Below, one piece after another: positions 10,416-19,661 of a stretch of DNA of 64,000 bases (the first letter of the stretch is position 1; each line of letters opens with the position of its first letter). This DNA comes from an uncultured Planctomycetota bacterium (GTDB lineage: Bacteria > Planctomycetota > Planctomycetia > Isosphaerales > Isosphaeraceae): contig CAWGMQ010000005.1 of the NCBI GenBank assembly GCA_963823665.1, forward strand, positions 352,001 through 416,000. Reading direction: 5' to 3'. The translations under genes were made by a program, and so were the position numbers. The notes beneath the pieces are model-generated. The model searched no databases. It saw only the letters and a program-made list of their open reading frames with translations, and was not told the DNA's origin.

Positions 10416-11099
10416 ATGACCAATTCAACGCACGCGATCAAGCTGGCGCCGTCCATTCTCGCGGCCGATCTGGCTCACCTGGGCGACCAAGTGGACCAGG
10501 TCGTCGCGCAAGGCGCCGACCGTATCCACGTCGACGTCATGGACGGGCACTTTGTTCCGAATATCTCCTTCGGGCCGGTGATCGTCAAATGGCTGAGGCC
10601 GCTCTGCCCGATTCCGCTTGAAGTGCACCTGATGATCTCCGAGCCGGATCGTTACCTCGAGGCGTTTGCCGAGGCTGGTGCCGACACGATGATCGTCCAT
10701 CAGGAGGGGGCATTGCACCTGCACCGGTCAGTGCAGGCGATTCACATGCTCGGCAAGCGCGCCGGCGTGGTGATCAACCCCGCTACGCCGGCCTCGGTGC
10801 TCGAAGAAATCTTGCCCGACGTCGAGCTGGTGCTGGTGATGACAGTCAACCCCGGGTTCGGCGGCCAGGAATTCATCGCGAGCACGCTTCCCAAGATCCG
10901 CCGGGTGCGCAAGATGATTGATGCTCTGGCAAAGAACATCGACCTTGAAGTGGACGGCGGAATCGAGCCGCATACAGCGCCACTGGTTGTGGAAGCCGGC
11001 GCCCGGGTGCTGGTGGCGGGCTCGGCTGTCTTCGGGGCAAGCGGCGGAGCAGCGGCCGGGATGGCAGCGCTCAGGGCGGCGGTGGAAATTCGCGCGTGA
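10416..11099 (+). CDS. rpe: Ribulose-phosphate 3-epimerase
   Basis: APSILAAD, IHVDVMDGHFVPNISFG, VHLMI, MTVNPGFGGQ, VDGG, VAGSAVF. Confidence 0.97.
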   Translation: MTNSTHAIKLAPSILAADLAHLGDQVDQVVAQGADRIHVDVMDGHFVPNISFGPVIVKWLRPLCPIPLEVHLMISEPDRYLEAFAEAGADTMIVHQEGALHLHRSVQAIHMLGKRAGVVINPATPASVLEEILPDVELVLVMTVNPGFGGQEFIASTLPKIRRVRKMIDALAKNIDLEVDGGIEPHTAPLVVEAGARVLVAGSAVFGASGGAAAGMAALRAAVEIRA

Positions 11100-11139
11100 T
11101 GCACTGATCCAAGCGAATCGCGCTCGCGAGGCTCATGTA

Positions 11140-11406
11140 ATGCTCAAGATACGCCCTCGCATCTCGATCGCCGCGCTGATGGGGTTCGTCTGCATCTTCG
11201 GCGTGGGCCTGGCTGCGTTTCGCTATCCCAGTAAACTGTGGGGAAGCTTCCTGAACGACTTTCTCGTTACTCGGTCCACGTCGTTCGAGCTGATCGGGCA
11301 CGCGCTGCTCGCGCTGCTTTTTGCTTATCTGGGTGGCTTGACTGCCAGTCGGTTTGCGAAGCTGGGGGCAACGCCGGCTTCGTCGTCCGCCAGTGCTCCG
11401 GTGTAG
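11140..11406 (+). CDS. Small membrane protein (planctomycete 'RxSIAxLM' N-terminus)
   Basis: MLKIRPRISIAALMGFVCIFGVGLAAFR..IGHALLALLFAYLGG; two hydrophobic helices. The TAG stop lies inside a REP. Confidence 0.55.
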   Translation: MLKIRPRISIAALMGFVCIFGVGLAAFRYPSKLWGSFLNDFLVTRSTSFELIGHALLALLFAYLGGLTASRFAKLGATPASSSASAPV

Positions 11407-11533
11407 CAGGCACACTCCGTGTGCCGTCCGCCGAAATTGCCGGTCTTGATGGATCGTGTGCGAGCCGAGTTCAGGGCGTGGTGCGGGTTCCGGAGGCTCG
11501 TTCGGACGGAAGGTCCGCAATACCGGACCCTAC
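11403..11533. repeat. Inverted pair of GTAG REP-like hairpins (REPIN-like)
   Basis: GTAGCAGGCACAC-TCC-GTGTGCC at 11403-11425 and the reverse GTAGGGTCCG-GTATTG-CGGACC at 11512-11533. Both are followed inward by CCGTCCG. Confidence 0.65.
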
Positions 11534-11616
11534 GGGGTGCGAGTTCTGGCGGGCGAACCTTGCATCGGGATACCGTATCTGAGACCGTGAGCGATCCTTC
11601 GGCGGAGATGCCCATC

Positions 11617-12519
11617 ATGAGCACACTCGAGCGCCTGACCGACCGCGGGCTCGTCAGGCCCCCGCGCTGGCTGCCGGGTAACGTCCAGTATGAGACTATC
11701 ATGGGCTCCGTTGCATACGGCGTCTCGGCCGATACGAGCGACATCGATGTCTATGGTTGGGCGATTCCCCCCAAGGACGACATCTTCCCGCATCTGCGCG
11801 GCGAGGTGCCGGGCTTCGGCACGCCACGGCCTCGCTTCGAGCAGTATGAAGAACACCACGTCCGCGACACTGACGCCCTCGCCGGCCACGGCCGCACTTA
11901 CGACTTGACGATCTATGGAATCGTCAAGTTCTTCAACCTGGCGATGGAAAACAACCCGAACATCATCGACAGCCTGTTCACGCCGGTGAACTGCATTCTG
12001 CACAGCACGCGGATCGGAAACCTGGTGCGAGAGAACCGCAGATTGTTCTTGCAGAAGGGAGCTTGGCCGAAGTTCAAAGGCTACGCCTACTCGCAGTTGC
12101 ACAAGCTGGCCAACAAAACGCCTCAGGGCAAGCGCGCCTTGCTCGTCGAGAAGCATGGATACGACGTGAAGTTCGCCTACCACGTTGTGCGGCTCTTGAC
12201 CGAGGTCGAGATGATCTTGATGGAAGAAGATATTGACCTCCAGCGCAACAACGAACAGCTCAAGGCGATCCGCCGGGGAGAATGGACCGAAGACCGACTG
12301 CGGGCCTGGTGTGCGGAAAAGGAATCGCAGTTGGAGAAGGTCTACGCCGAGAGCAAGCTGCGGACAACCCCCGACGAGCCAAAAATCCGGACGCTGTTGG
12401 TAAATTGCCTGGAAGAGCACTACGGGAACCTCGATGCCTGCATTGTGAACCCCGATCGTGCGGTTCAGTCTCTGCGCAACATTCAGGCGGAACTCGAGCG
12501 TGTGAAGGACATGTTATGA
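11617..12519 (+). CDS. Pol-beta superfamily nucleotidyltransferase (Nuc-transf/RlaP-like), copy 1
   Basis: GSVAYGVSADTSDIDVYG (GS..DxD), NNPNIIDSLF, KGYAYSQL, YDVKFAYHVVRLL; GGAG RBS. Confidence 0.85.
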   Translation: MSTLERLTDRGLVRPPRWLPGNVQYETIMGSVAYGVSADTSDIDVYGWAIPPKDDIFPHLRGEVPGFGTPRPRFEQYEEHHVRDTDALAGHGRTYDLTIYGIVKFFNLAMENNPNIIDSLFTPVNCILHSTRIGNLVRENRRLFLQKGAWPKFKGYAYSQLHKLANKTPQGKRALLVEKHGYDVKFAYHVVRLLTEVEMILMEEDIDLQRNNEQLKAIRRGEWTEDRLRAWCAEKESQLEKVYAESKLRTTPDEPKIRTLLVNCLEEHYGNLDACIVNPDRAVQSLRNIQAELERVKDML

Positions 12520-13292
12520 GCGATGTGTTAGCCGCCGACATCCTGGGCCGGCTGCGGGATGCAGTGAACACGCACCCTTACCCGCTCGTCTTTGCCACGA
12601 TCAGCGGAGCGCACCTGTACGGCTTTCCTTCGCCGGACTCGGATTATGACCTGCGGGGTTGCCACTTACTGCCCGTACGAGAGGTCCTCGGGCTCGACGC
12701 TGGGCGCGAAACGATCGAGCTGGAAACAAAGGACTCAGGCTTCGAGCTGGACCTCGTCACTCATGATGCCAAGAAGTTCTTCGGATTGCTGCTCAAGAAG
12801 AACGGCTACGTGCTCGAACAGGTGTACTCACCGCTTGTTATCCACACCACGCCGGAACATCAGGAGCTGAAGGAACTCGCCAGGAGTTGCATCACCAAGC
12901 ACCACAGCCACCATTACTTCGGCTTCGCCGAAACGCAGTGGAAGCTGTTCGAGAAGGAGCAGCCGCGCCGGGTGAAGCCGTTGCTCTACGTCTACCGCGT
13001 GCTCCTGACGGGGATACACTTGATGCGCACCGGCGAGGTCGAGGCCAACCTGGTGCGGCTGAATGCAGTCGCGCGGCTGTCGCAAGTTTCCGACCTGATC
13101 GATCGCAAGCTCGCCGGTCCGGAGCGTTCTGTTCTCGGCGATTCCGAGCTGGAATTCCATCAGCGAGAATTTGAGCGACTGCGAAACGAGCTTGGGACCG
13201 CGTTCCAGGGGAGCCAATTGCCGGAGACTGCGACAGGCAGAGATGCGCTGAATGATTTATTGGTGCGAATGCGGATCCGACAAGTGCTCTGA
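12516..13292 (+). CDS. Pol-beta superfamily nucleotidyltransferase (Nuc-transf/RlaP/YcgL-like), copy 2
   Basis: SGAHLYGFPSPDSDYDLRG, KNGYVLEQ, KPLLYVYRVLLTGIHLM; ATGA overlap with copy 1. Confidence 0.87.
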   Translation: MSDVLAADILGRLRDAVNTHPYPLVFATISGAHLYGFPSPDSDYDLRGCHLLPVREVLGLDAGRETIELETKDSGFELDLVTHDAKKFFGLLLKKNGYVLEQVYSPLVIHTTPEHQELKELARSCITKHHSHHYFGFAETQWKLFEKEQPRRVKPLLYVYRVLLTGIHLMRTGEVEANLVRLNAVARLSQVSDLIDRKLAGPERSVLGDSELEFHQREFERLRNELGTAFQGSQLPETATGRDALNDLLVRMRIRQVL

Positions 13293-13312
13293 TTCGAAAG
13301 GTCCATTCCGGG

Positions 13313-14338
13313 ATGGGGTCAAGCGGCAGGTCGTGGAAACTGAGGCCCAGTGCGTCGATGATCTCGTGCGGGCTCGTTATCGCTGCCAGCCTGCTTCCGA
13401 GCGTTGCCGGCGAAGCGGTGTGGGAAGGTCCCGGAACAGTGGCCTGCGCCGTGCTTTCGATAGGATTTTATGCCGGCGCTTCTGGCCCTCGAATCCGCGA
13501 ACGTTTCAGAGGCAACAATTCCTTGGAGGGCGATGTCGCAAAATCGACGTGGGCAGCTCTGTGCACCGCTGCATCCCTCGCGTGTTTCTTGTTGCTCGTC
13601 AGCCGATTCTCCTGGCTTGCGGTCGAGACCGGTCTGGAGGGGCGGACCGGGGCGGCGATCAAGATCTGCGTGGAATTGATGATCGGCGCGACGTTGGGTG
13701 GCGCAGTCGTATTGCTCGCAAAGAACCCGACGAGGCGCTGGTGCCGCTGGGTGATGCGCGGAGCGATCAGCGTGCTGGCCACATGCGCGATGATAGGAAT
13801 CGCTCTCTTCGTCGGCTGGACAGGCCCGCATGACCTGGCCGGTTATCCGGAGGCTCATGTGTCACCATACAGGTTGCCGTGGTGCGCAGGCATTCGGCTT
13901 CTTTGTGTACAAGGGAATCGCGCCGTTGTCAGCCATCGAAATTGGGAAGAATTCGCCTACGACTTCGTGATGCCAGTGGGCTCAGACGTCTGTGCTGCGA
14001 GGAGCGGCACGGTGGTGATCGTTGATGTCACTCTCGACGGGAATGGGCCGACCATGCCGAACAACCAGATCGTGATCGATCACGGCGACGGCTCGGCAGG
14101 GTGGTACCTGCACTTGAAACGCGACGGCAGCTACGTCACGGTTGGCAGCCGAGTCGCGCGCGGGCAAGTCATCGCTGCCAGCGGCAATGTGGGGCTCAGC
14201 TTGCTTCCGCACCTGCATTTCCAGGTGATGAATGCCGCAGGTGTCACCGTACCCATCACGTTTGCCGAAGTCTCGGGCGACGGAATCCCGCGGATGTTCA
14301 CCCGATACACGTCCGCCAACTCCGCACCGGGTTTCTGA
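13313..14338 (+). CDS. M23 family metallopeptidase with N-terminal multi-TM region
   Basis: SH..AYDF, VCAARSGTV, YLHLK, GQVIAASGNVG, PHLHFQ; several hydrophobic segments upstream. Start codon uncertain. Confidence 0.8.
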   Translation: MGSSGRSWKLRPSASMISCGLVIAASLLPSVAGEAVWEGPGTVACAVLSIGFYAGASGPRIRERFRGNNSLEGDVAKSTWAALCTAASLACFLLLVSRFSWLAVETGLEGRTGAAIKICVELMIGATLGGAVVLLAKNPTRRWCRWVMRGAISVLATCAMIGIALFVGWTGPHDLAGYPEAHVSPYRLPWCAGIRLLCVQGNRAVVSHRNWEEFAYDFVMPVGSDVCAARSGTVVIVDVTLDGNGPTMPNNQIVIDHGDGSAGWYLHLKRDGSYVTVGSRVARGQVIAASGNVGLSLLPHLHFQVMNAAGVTVPITFAEVSGDGIPRMFTRYTSANSAPGF

Positions 14339-14430
14339 GCGATTTACTCGTTCGCGACGGAGTACAATCAGCAATGACGACAGACGAGACTTGGGCCGTT
14401 CGCGCAAACTTCGACAAGCAAATGTTCAGG

Positions 14431-14994
14431 ATGAAACTGAAGTACGTCCTATCCATTGTTCTTGTGGTGATCGCCACCGTACTGGTTACGGTGTATTGGA
14501 TTGTCTCAACGACTCGCATCCAAAAAGAACACGCGGACGCCGTTGTGAGTATGTTTGGTGGCAACGAATCGCTGGCGATCGTTGCTCATCCAGAGAGAGT
14601 GGAGGCGTACCGCTTAGGCTTGCTCCCGGAGGGCATCGACTCGGACAAAGCAACGCTCGCCGATCACCCGATCACCGGTGGGCCGGTCAAGGTGCCACCG
14701 GCTGTCGGTGCGGAGCTTGCTCGCGTTCTAACGTCCGGAGAATCCTATGGCTGGGACTATGCCAAGGGCTGTGGTAACCCAATATACGGCGATGCAGTAT
14801 CCTTCCATCGTCCGCCAGGTCGCGTCGACGTATTGTTCTGCTTCAAGTGCGATGTACTCATGGTGGAGCGCGATGGTTCAATCACAGGCGGCGAGGATTT
14901 CGACGACATTCGCCCAATCCTGGTGCGATCCATCAAGCCGCTATTCCCAGGGGATGCCGTCATTCAAAGCCTTCACGAGAATCACGGAGGTTGA
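14431..14994 (+). CDS. Membrane-anchored hypothetical protein (AKGC..P and CFKC motifs)
   Basis: N-terminal TM helix followed by globular-looking sequence with a CxxC. Confidence 0.6.
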   Translation: MKLKYVLSIVLVVIATVLVTVYWIVSTTRIQKEHADAVVSMFGGNESLAIVAHPERVEAYRLGLLPEGIDSDKATLADHPITGGPVKVPPAVGAELARVLTSGESYGWDYAKGCGNPIYGDAVSFHRPPGRVDVLFCFKCDVLMVERDGSITGGEDFDDIRPILVRSIKPLFPGDAVIQSLHENHGG

Positions 14995-15131
14995 GCGCCC
15001 TGGCCGCGACGAAAGTCCAGCACGATCGAGAAACGATCAGAATTCCCCGAAATTGGAAATTGCGCGGGGGGTGTTCGTGCTCAGAATAGGTAGTGGCGAG
15101 CAAATAAGTGCACCCGCAACCCGGTGAATGA

Positions 15132-18100
15132 ATGGCGGCACGGCAATCGGGGATCGTCCTGGGGCAGATCCACACGCTCTTCAACGAGGGCCGGATCGGC
15201 CACCTGACCGACGCACAACTGCTCGAGCGATTCGCCGTTCAGCGAGCCCAGGCGGCAGAGGCTTCGGAGGCGGCCGAAGCCGCGTTCGAAGCCGTTGTGC
15301 TTCGCCACGGGCCGATGGTCCTCGCCGTTTGCCGGCGCGTCCTTCGCGATCCGCACGAAGTCGAGGATGCATTCCAGGCCACGTTCCTCATCCTGGCAAG
15401 GCGCGCGGGATCAATCCGGAAGCGCAAGGTTCTGGGCGGCTGGCTGCGCAAGGTTGCGCACCGGGTCGCTGTAAGAACGCGAACGATGTCTGCCCGCCGC
15501 GTGCCGCTCGACGCGGATCGTTTGGCTTCACCGGCCGATGAGCCCGAAAGCATCGTCCAGCGCGAAGACCTGCGGACTGCCGTCCTCGACGAGGTGCAGC
15601 TTCTACCCGAGAAATACCGTTTGCCTGTGCAACTCTGCTACCTCGAAGGCCAAACACACGATGAAGCCGCGCGACGACTGGCCTGGCCGGTCGGCACCGT
15701 GCGCACCCGGCTGACCTGGGCCCGGGAACGCATGCGCACTCGCCTGACCAGGCGTGGACTCGCTCTTCCCGCCGGGTTCATCGGTGCGTCGCTGGTCACG
15801 CTCAAGTCGCGGGCTGACGTTCCGCCCGCGCTGGTCAAGGCGACTGTCGAAACCGCAATCGGCCGCGCCGCGGCCACCGCGATTACATCACTGACGACCG
15901 AGGTGCTGAAAGGAATGCTCATGTCCCAGCTCAAGCTGGTGATTCTCGCGCTTCTGTTGGGAAGCTCGCTTGCCGGATTGGTGTTGCCGCTCGTCGGAGC
16001 CCCGGTGCGGAAGTCCGATCGCACCGCTCGGACGGGAAACAATCGACCGGGCGATCAGCAAGCCGAGCAGCAAATCGACAACCCAGTGCCTCGCCAGGTC
16101 GAGACGGTATTCGTGCGCGTCGTGGACCGCACGACCAAGCGGCCTCTGCCAGCCGTGAACTTGAAGGTCTGGATCAACGGCAAAGTCGCCCGCGAGCATA
16201 CCACGGATGATTCCGGCCGGTTTGAGATCCCCTTGCCTGCGGATGACTCCGTACTCGTGTGGATCGCTGCGCGGCGTGACGGTCTGATCCCGCTCAGGGT
16301 TTACCTGCGGGCCCCCACCGCGCGGGAAACCGAGATCCCGCGATCCTATACGCTCGCGATGGAGCCGGGCACGTCGATCGGCGGCATCGTCCGGGATGAA
16401 GCCGGTCGACCGATCGAAGGCGTGAGCGTGAAGCTGTACGAAAACAGGCCAGACGATGGCGTACGGCAGGTCTACGACTTCGGTGCGATCAGCGCCCGTT
16501 CCGATCGGCAAGGGCGCTGGCAGATCGATCTTATCCCGGAGGGCTTCGACCTCGCACGGCTTCACTTCAGGTTCTCGCATCCTGAATTCCTGAGCTCGAT
16601 CGACGCCAACAATCAGCCGATCGCGACGCCGAAGGAACTGCGCGAGAAGAGCGCAGTGCTTGTGCTCCATCCTGGAATCGCAGTCAACGGCCGCATCCTC
16701 GATCGGGACGGGCGCCCGATTTCAGGGGCCACGGTTCGATTCGGCGATAATCAACCGGAGAGCTCGACCGTTTCGACCGATGCGTTCGGCCGCTTCCACG
16801 TCCGTAACGCCGTGCCGCGCGAGACCGTCGTGACTGCCCAAGCCGCGGGATACGCCCCGGAAATGCAACCCGTGAAGGTTCAACCTGGCCTCGCATCCGT
16901 CGAGCTGCGTTTGGGCCCAGGGAACACGATTCGCGGACGGGTCGTCGATCGCGAAGGCCATCCGATCGTCGGCGCCTTCGTCGGCCCGTTGCGGTGGAGA
17001 GGACATCAGACGTTAGAGGGTTGGGTCGAGACGGACGCCCTTGGCAAGTTTCGCTGGAATGGAGCTCCGAGCGACCCAGTTCTGGTGTCCGCGAACAAAC
17101 GCGGATACTCCTCGTCAGCCACCGAGATGAAGCCATCGGAGGACGAGCACGTCTTGACGCTGGCCCGTGCGTTACTCATCCGCGGCAGCGTGACGGACGC
17201 CCGGACCGGCCGGCCGATTGGCACGTTCGCCGTCGTTCCCAGCGTGCAGATGAACGGCACCATCACCGTATGGATGCCGGGCTTCGCCAAGATACATCAT
17301 GGCGGCCGCTACGAGTTTCCCGTAGAGGGCATGGGAACAGGGCCTCGCCGCGTGCGTATCGAGGCGGAGGACTATCGAGCTGCTGTCTCGCCGATGTACG
17401 CGAACGACGCTGGCGAGCAAGTCTTCGACGCCCGGCTCGAGAAAGGCGAGTGGCTCAAAGGCGTGGTCCGCGGTCGCGACGGTGCTCTACTTTCCGGGGC
17501 CGAGGTGATCGTCGTGGCGTTTCCGGGAATTGACGTCAAGGACGGCAAGGATTATCCTCGCGGCGACCACCCGCATCAATTGACTGGTCCCGACGGACGG
17601 TTTGCGTTCTCGCCGCCCGACGGGCCGTACCGGATCATCGCACTCCACGACCTGGGCTATGCCGAATCGACCGGTCCGCAGTTGGCCGAATCACACGTCC
17701 TCGCTCTCGAACCGTGGGGCCGAATCGAGGGAGTGCTTCGTGTCGGCGACAAGCCGCTGCCGCACGAGACTGTCGTCGCCGGCCTTGACGACCAGCGAAT
17801 CGACCTGCCGGGAATGGGCATCTCGAACGAAAGTCGGGCACAGACGGATAAGCAAGGCCGTTTTGTGATCGAGCGCGTTGTGAACGGCGAAGCGCGTGTG
17901 CACTGGCAGCCCAGCGTCGCGGGCGAACGGAACGCGCGCGGCCGTTACTATCAGCCAGCATTCCGAGCCGTCGGCCCTGGCCAGACCATTCACGTGGACG
18001 TGATCCAGGAGGGCGGCCACCCGCTCGTGGGCAAGGTCGTCCCGAGCGATCGTCCGGAAGTTCAGCTCGACCTGGCGGGGAGCGGCGCGTACCTCCTCCC

Positions 18101-18407
18101 GAGGGCGCCCGAAGTCCCCTTTCCACCGGGCTTGTCGGACGAAGAACGGCGCGAGTGGCTCAGCCGCTGGCGCATCTCCGAGGAAGGCCGTGAGTATCGA
18201 CACGCGCGCCGAGGTTTCGCGCATGGGCTCGAACTAAAGCCGGATGGAACGTTTCGGGTCGATGAAGTACAGCCCGGCGCGTATCAACTGCACGTTCGCG
18301 TCAAAGGGTTTGCAGAGCTGGTCCGCGATTTCGAAGTCGCCGAGCCACCTCAGGCGCGGAACGGCACATCGGTCGACCTCGGTACGCTGGCCCTGAAGCG
18401 ATTGTGA
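15132..18407 (+). CDS. ECF sigma factor with TM and C-terminal carboxypeptidase-regulatory-like beta repeats
   Basis: Region 2 HGPMVLAVCRRVL..EDAFQATFLILARRA; region 4 LPEKYRLPVQLCYLEGQTHDEAA..PVGTVRTRL; repeated GRVVDxxGxPIxGA..TDxxGRF modules. Confidence 0.92.
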   Translation: MAARQSGIVLGQIHTLFNEGRIGHLTDAQLLERFAVQRAQAAEASEAAEAAFEAVVLRHGPMVLAVCRRVLRDPHEVEDAFQATFLILARRAGSIRKRKVLGGWLRKVAHRVAVRTRTMSARRVPLDADRLASPADEPESIVQREDLRTAVLDEVQLLPEKYRLPVQLCYLEGQTHDEAARRLAWPVGTVRTRLTWARERMRTRLTRRGLALPAGFIGASLVTLKSRADVPPALVKATVETAIGRAAATAITSLTTEVLKGMLMSQLKLVILALLLGSSLAGLVLPLVGAPVRKSDRTARTGNNRPGDQQAEQQIDNPVPRQVETVFVRVVDRTTKRPLPAVNLKVWINGKVAREHTTDDSGRFEIPLPADDSVLVWIAARRDGLIPLRVYLRAPTARETEIPRSYTLAMEPGTSIGGIVRDEAGRPIEGVSVKLYENRPDDGVRQVYDFGAISARSDRQGRWQIDLIPEGFDLARLHFRFSHPEFLSSIDANNQPIATPKELREKSAVLVLHPGIAVNGRILDRDGRPISGATVRFGDNQPESSTVSTDAFGRFHVRNAVPRETVVTAQAAGYAPEMQPVKVQPGLASVELRLGPGNTIRGRVVDREGHPIVGAFVGPLRWRGHQTLEGWVETDALGKFRWNGAPSDPVLVSANKRGYSSSATEMKPSEDEHVLTLARALLIRGSVTDARTGRPIGTFAVVPSVQMNGTITVWMPGFAKIHHGGRYEFPVEGMGTGPRRVRIEAEDYRAAVSPMYANDAGEQVFDARLEKGEWLKGVVRGRDGALLSGAEVIVVAFPGIDVKDGKDYPRGDHPHQLTGPDGRFAFSPPDGPYRIIALHDLGYAESTGPQLAESHVLALEPWGRIEGVLRVGDKPLPHETVVAGLDDQRIDLPGMGISNESRAQTDKQGRFVIERVVNGEARVHWQPSVAGERNARGRYYQPAFRAVGPGQTIHVDVIQEGGHPLVGKVVPSDRPEVQLDLAGSGAYLLPRAPEVPFPPGLSDEERREWLSRWRISEEGREYRHARRGFAHGLELKPDGTFRVDEVQPGAYQLHVRVKGFAELVRDFEVAEPPQARNGTSVDLGTLALKRL

Positions 18408-18417
18408 CCTTGTCTCG

Positions 18418-19137
18418 TCAGCTCGTTGCTTTTGATGACCTGGCCCCCTGCCCGCGCAGCCACTCCACCAGATCATGGGCGCCGGCAGAACGGGCGATAT
18501 CCAGCGGTGTTTCGTCAGTCCAGTCGGGAACCCAGTTCAACTCGGCACCGCGGGCGAGCAGATATTCTGCGGTCTCACGCTGCCTGCCATGGCAAGCCTG
18601 CCAGAACGCGTCGCTCACTTGCTCTGGCGTGGGTTTCACTGCGCGGGCGAAGTGCTCTTCGATCCGAAGCATGATGCCCAGCGCGGCCGCGTGCCAGAGC
18701 TTTTCGACCCTGGCGCCGCGCTCGACGAGCCGCCTGGCCACTCGCCACTGGCCATAGCCCACCGCGTCGTCGAGTGGTGTTCCGCCCGCGATCGAGGCGC
18801 CCGGTGCTTCGATGTCGGCGCCGCCGTCAAGTAGTGCATCAAGCACCTCGACGTCGTCGCAGCTCGCTGCCCAGTGCAGCGGCGTTTCGGGAAACTTTCC
18901 CGTCACTCTGGCGTTTGGATCGCAGCCCGACGCGATCAATGCCTTCACGGCCGCGGCCCCATTGGGAAAGTGCCCTGGCCAGTCGGCCACAACGTGGAGG
19001 AGGCTGCGGTCATTGATCGTCGAAGTGGAGAGGTGGGGATTCTCGATCAACAAACGCTCAAGCGCATCGAGATCGCCACTATGGATCGCCGCCATCACAG
19101 CGGCACCAAGCGGGTTGTTGACAGCGATATTCATCAT
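18418..19137 (-). CDS. Ankyrin repeat protein
   Basis: SLLHVVADWPGHFPNG, TPLHWAAS, GTPLDDAV, TPLDIA repeats. Confidence 0.88.
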   Translation of the reverse strand: MMNIAVNNPLGAAVMAAIHSGDLDALERLLIENPHLSTSTINDRSLLHVVADWPGHFPNGAAAVKALIASGCDPNARVTGKFPETPLHWAASCDDVEVLDALLDGGADIEAPGASIAGGTPLDDAVGYGQWRVARRLVERGARVEKLWHAAALGIMLRIEEHFARAVKPTPEQVSDAFWQACHGRQRETAEYLLARGAELNWVPDWTDETPLDIARSAGAHDLVEWLRGQGARSSKATS

Positions 19138-19206
19138 GCCGGCCCCGAGACAAGGTGAAGATGTCATTCGAGCATAACGGCTTCCGGGGCCAGACCGCCA
19201 CGGGTC

Positions 19207-19253
19207 TTGACAGTTAGCTACACTTGTGGTCAACTGTAGCCACAAATGTAGTT
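19207..19253 (+). promoter_or_regulatory. -35 box (TTGACA) plus tandem BlaI/MecI-type operator boxes
   Basis: TTGACA 19207-19212; TACActTGTG 19219-19228 and CACAaaTGTA 19241-19250 (BlaI consensus TACA-N2-TGTA), 22 bp apart, directly upstream of the blaI-like gene. Confidence 0.78.
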
Positions 19254-19268
19254 ACTGGAGAGATCGAG

Positions 19269-19661
19269 ATGCCGAAGGCAACGCCGATATCCGATTCGGA
19301 ATGGGATGTGATAGAGCCGATCTGGGAGGCCGGCGCGTGCACGGCGGCGGATGTGATCAAACGGCTGCGCGCGACTCACGACTGGAACCACAGCACCATC
19401 CGGACGCTCCTGGCACGGCTCGTCGAGAAAGGTGTGCTCGAATACGAAGTTGACGGATCGCGGTATATCTACCGGGCCGTAATTTCTCGCCGCCAATGCG
19501 TCCGGCAGAAAGGCCGCTCGTTCCTCGAGAAGGCGTTCGGCGGTGACGTCGCGGCCCTGGTCGTTCACTTCGTCTCGGAAGCGTCACTCGACCAGGAGCA
19601 GATCGAACAGCTTCGTCAATTGCTCGCTCGGAAAAAGAAGACGAGGGAGAAGCGCTCATGA
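19269..19661 (+). CDS. BlaI/MecI/CopY family transcriptional repressor
   Basis: ISDSEWDVIEPIW, WNHSTIRTLLARLVEKG, YIYRA, FLEKAFGG. Confidence 0.93.
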   Translation: MPKATPISDSEWDVIEPIWEAGACTAADVIKRLRATHDWNHSTIRTLLARLVEKGVLEYEVDGSRYIYRAVISRRQCVRQKGRSFLEKAFGGDVAALVVHFVSEASLDQEQIEQLRQLLARKKKTREKRS

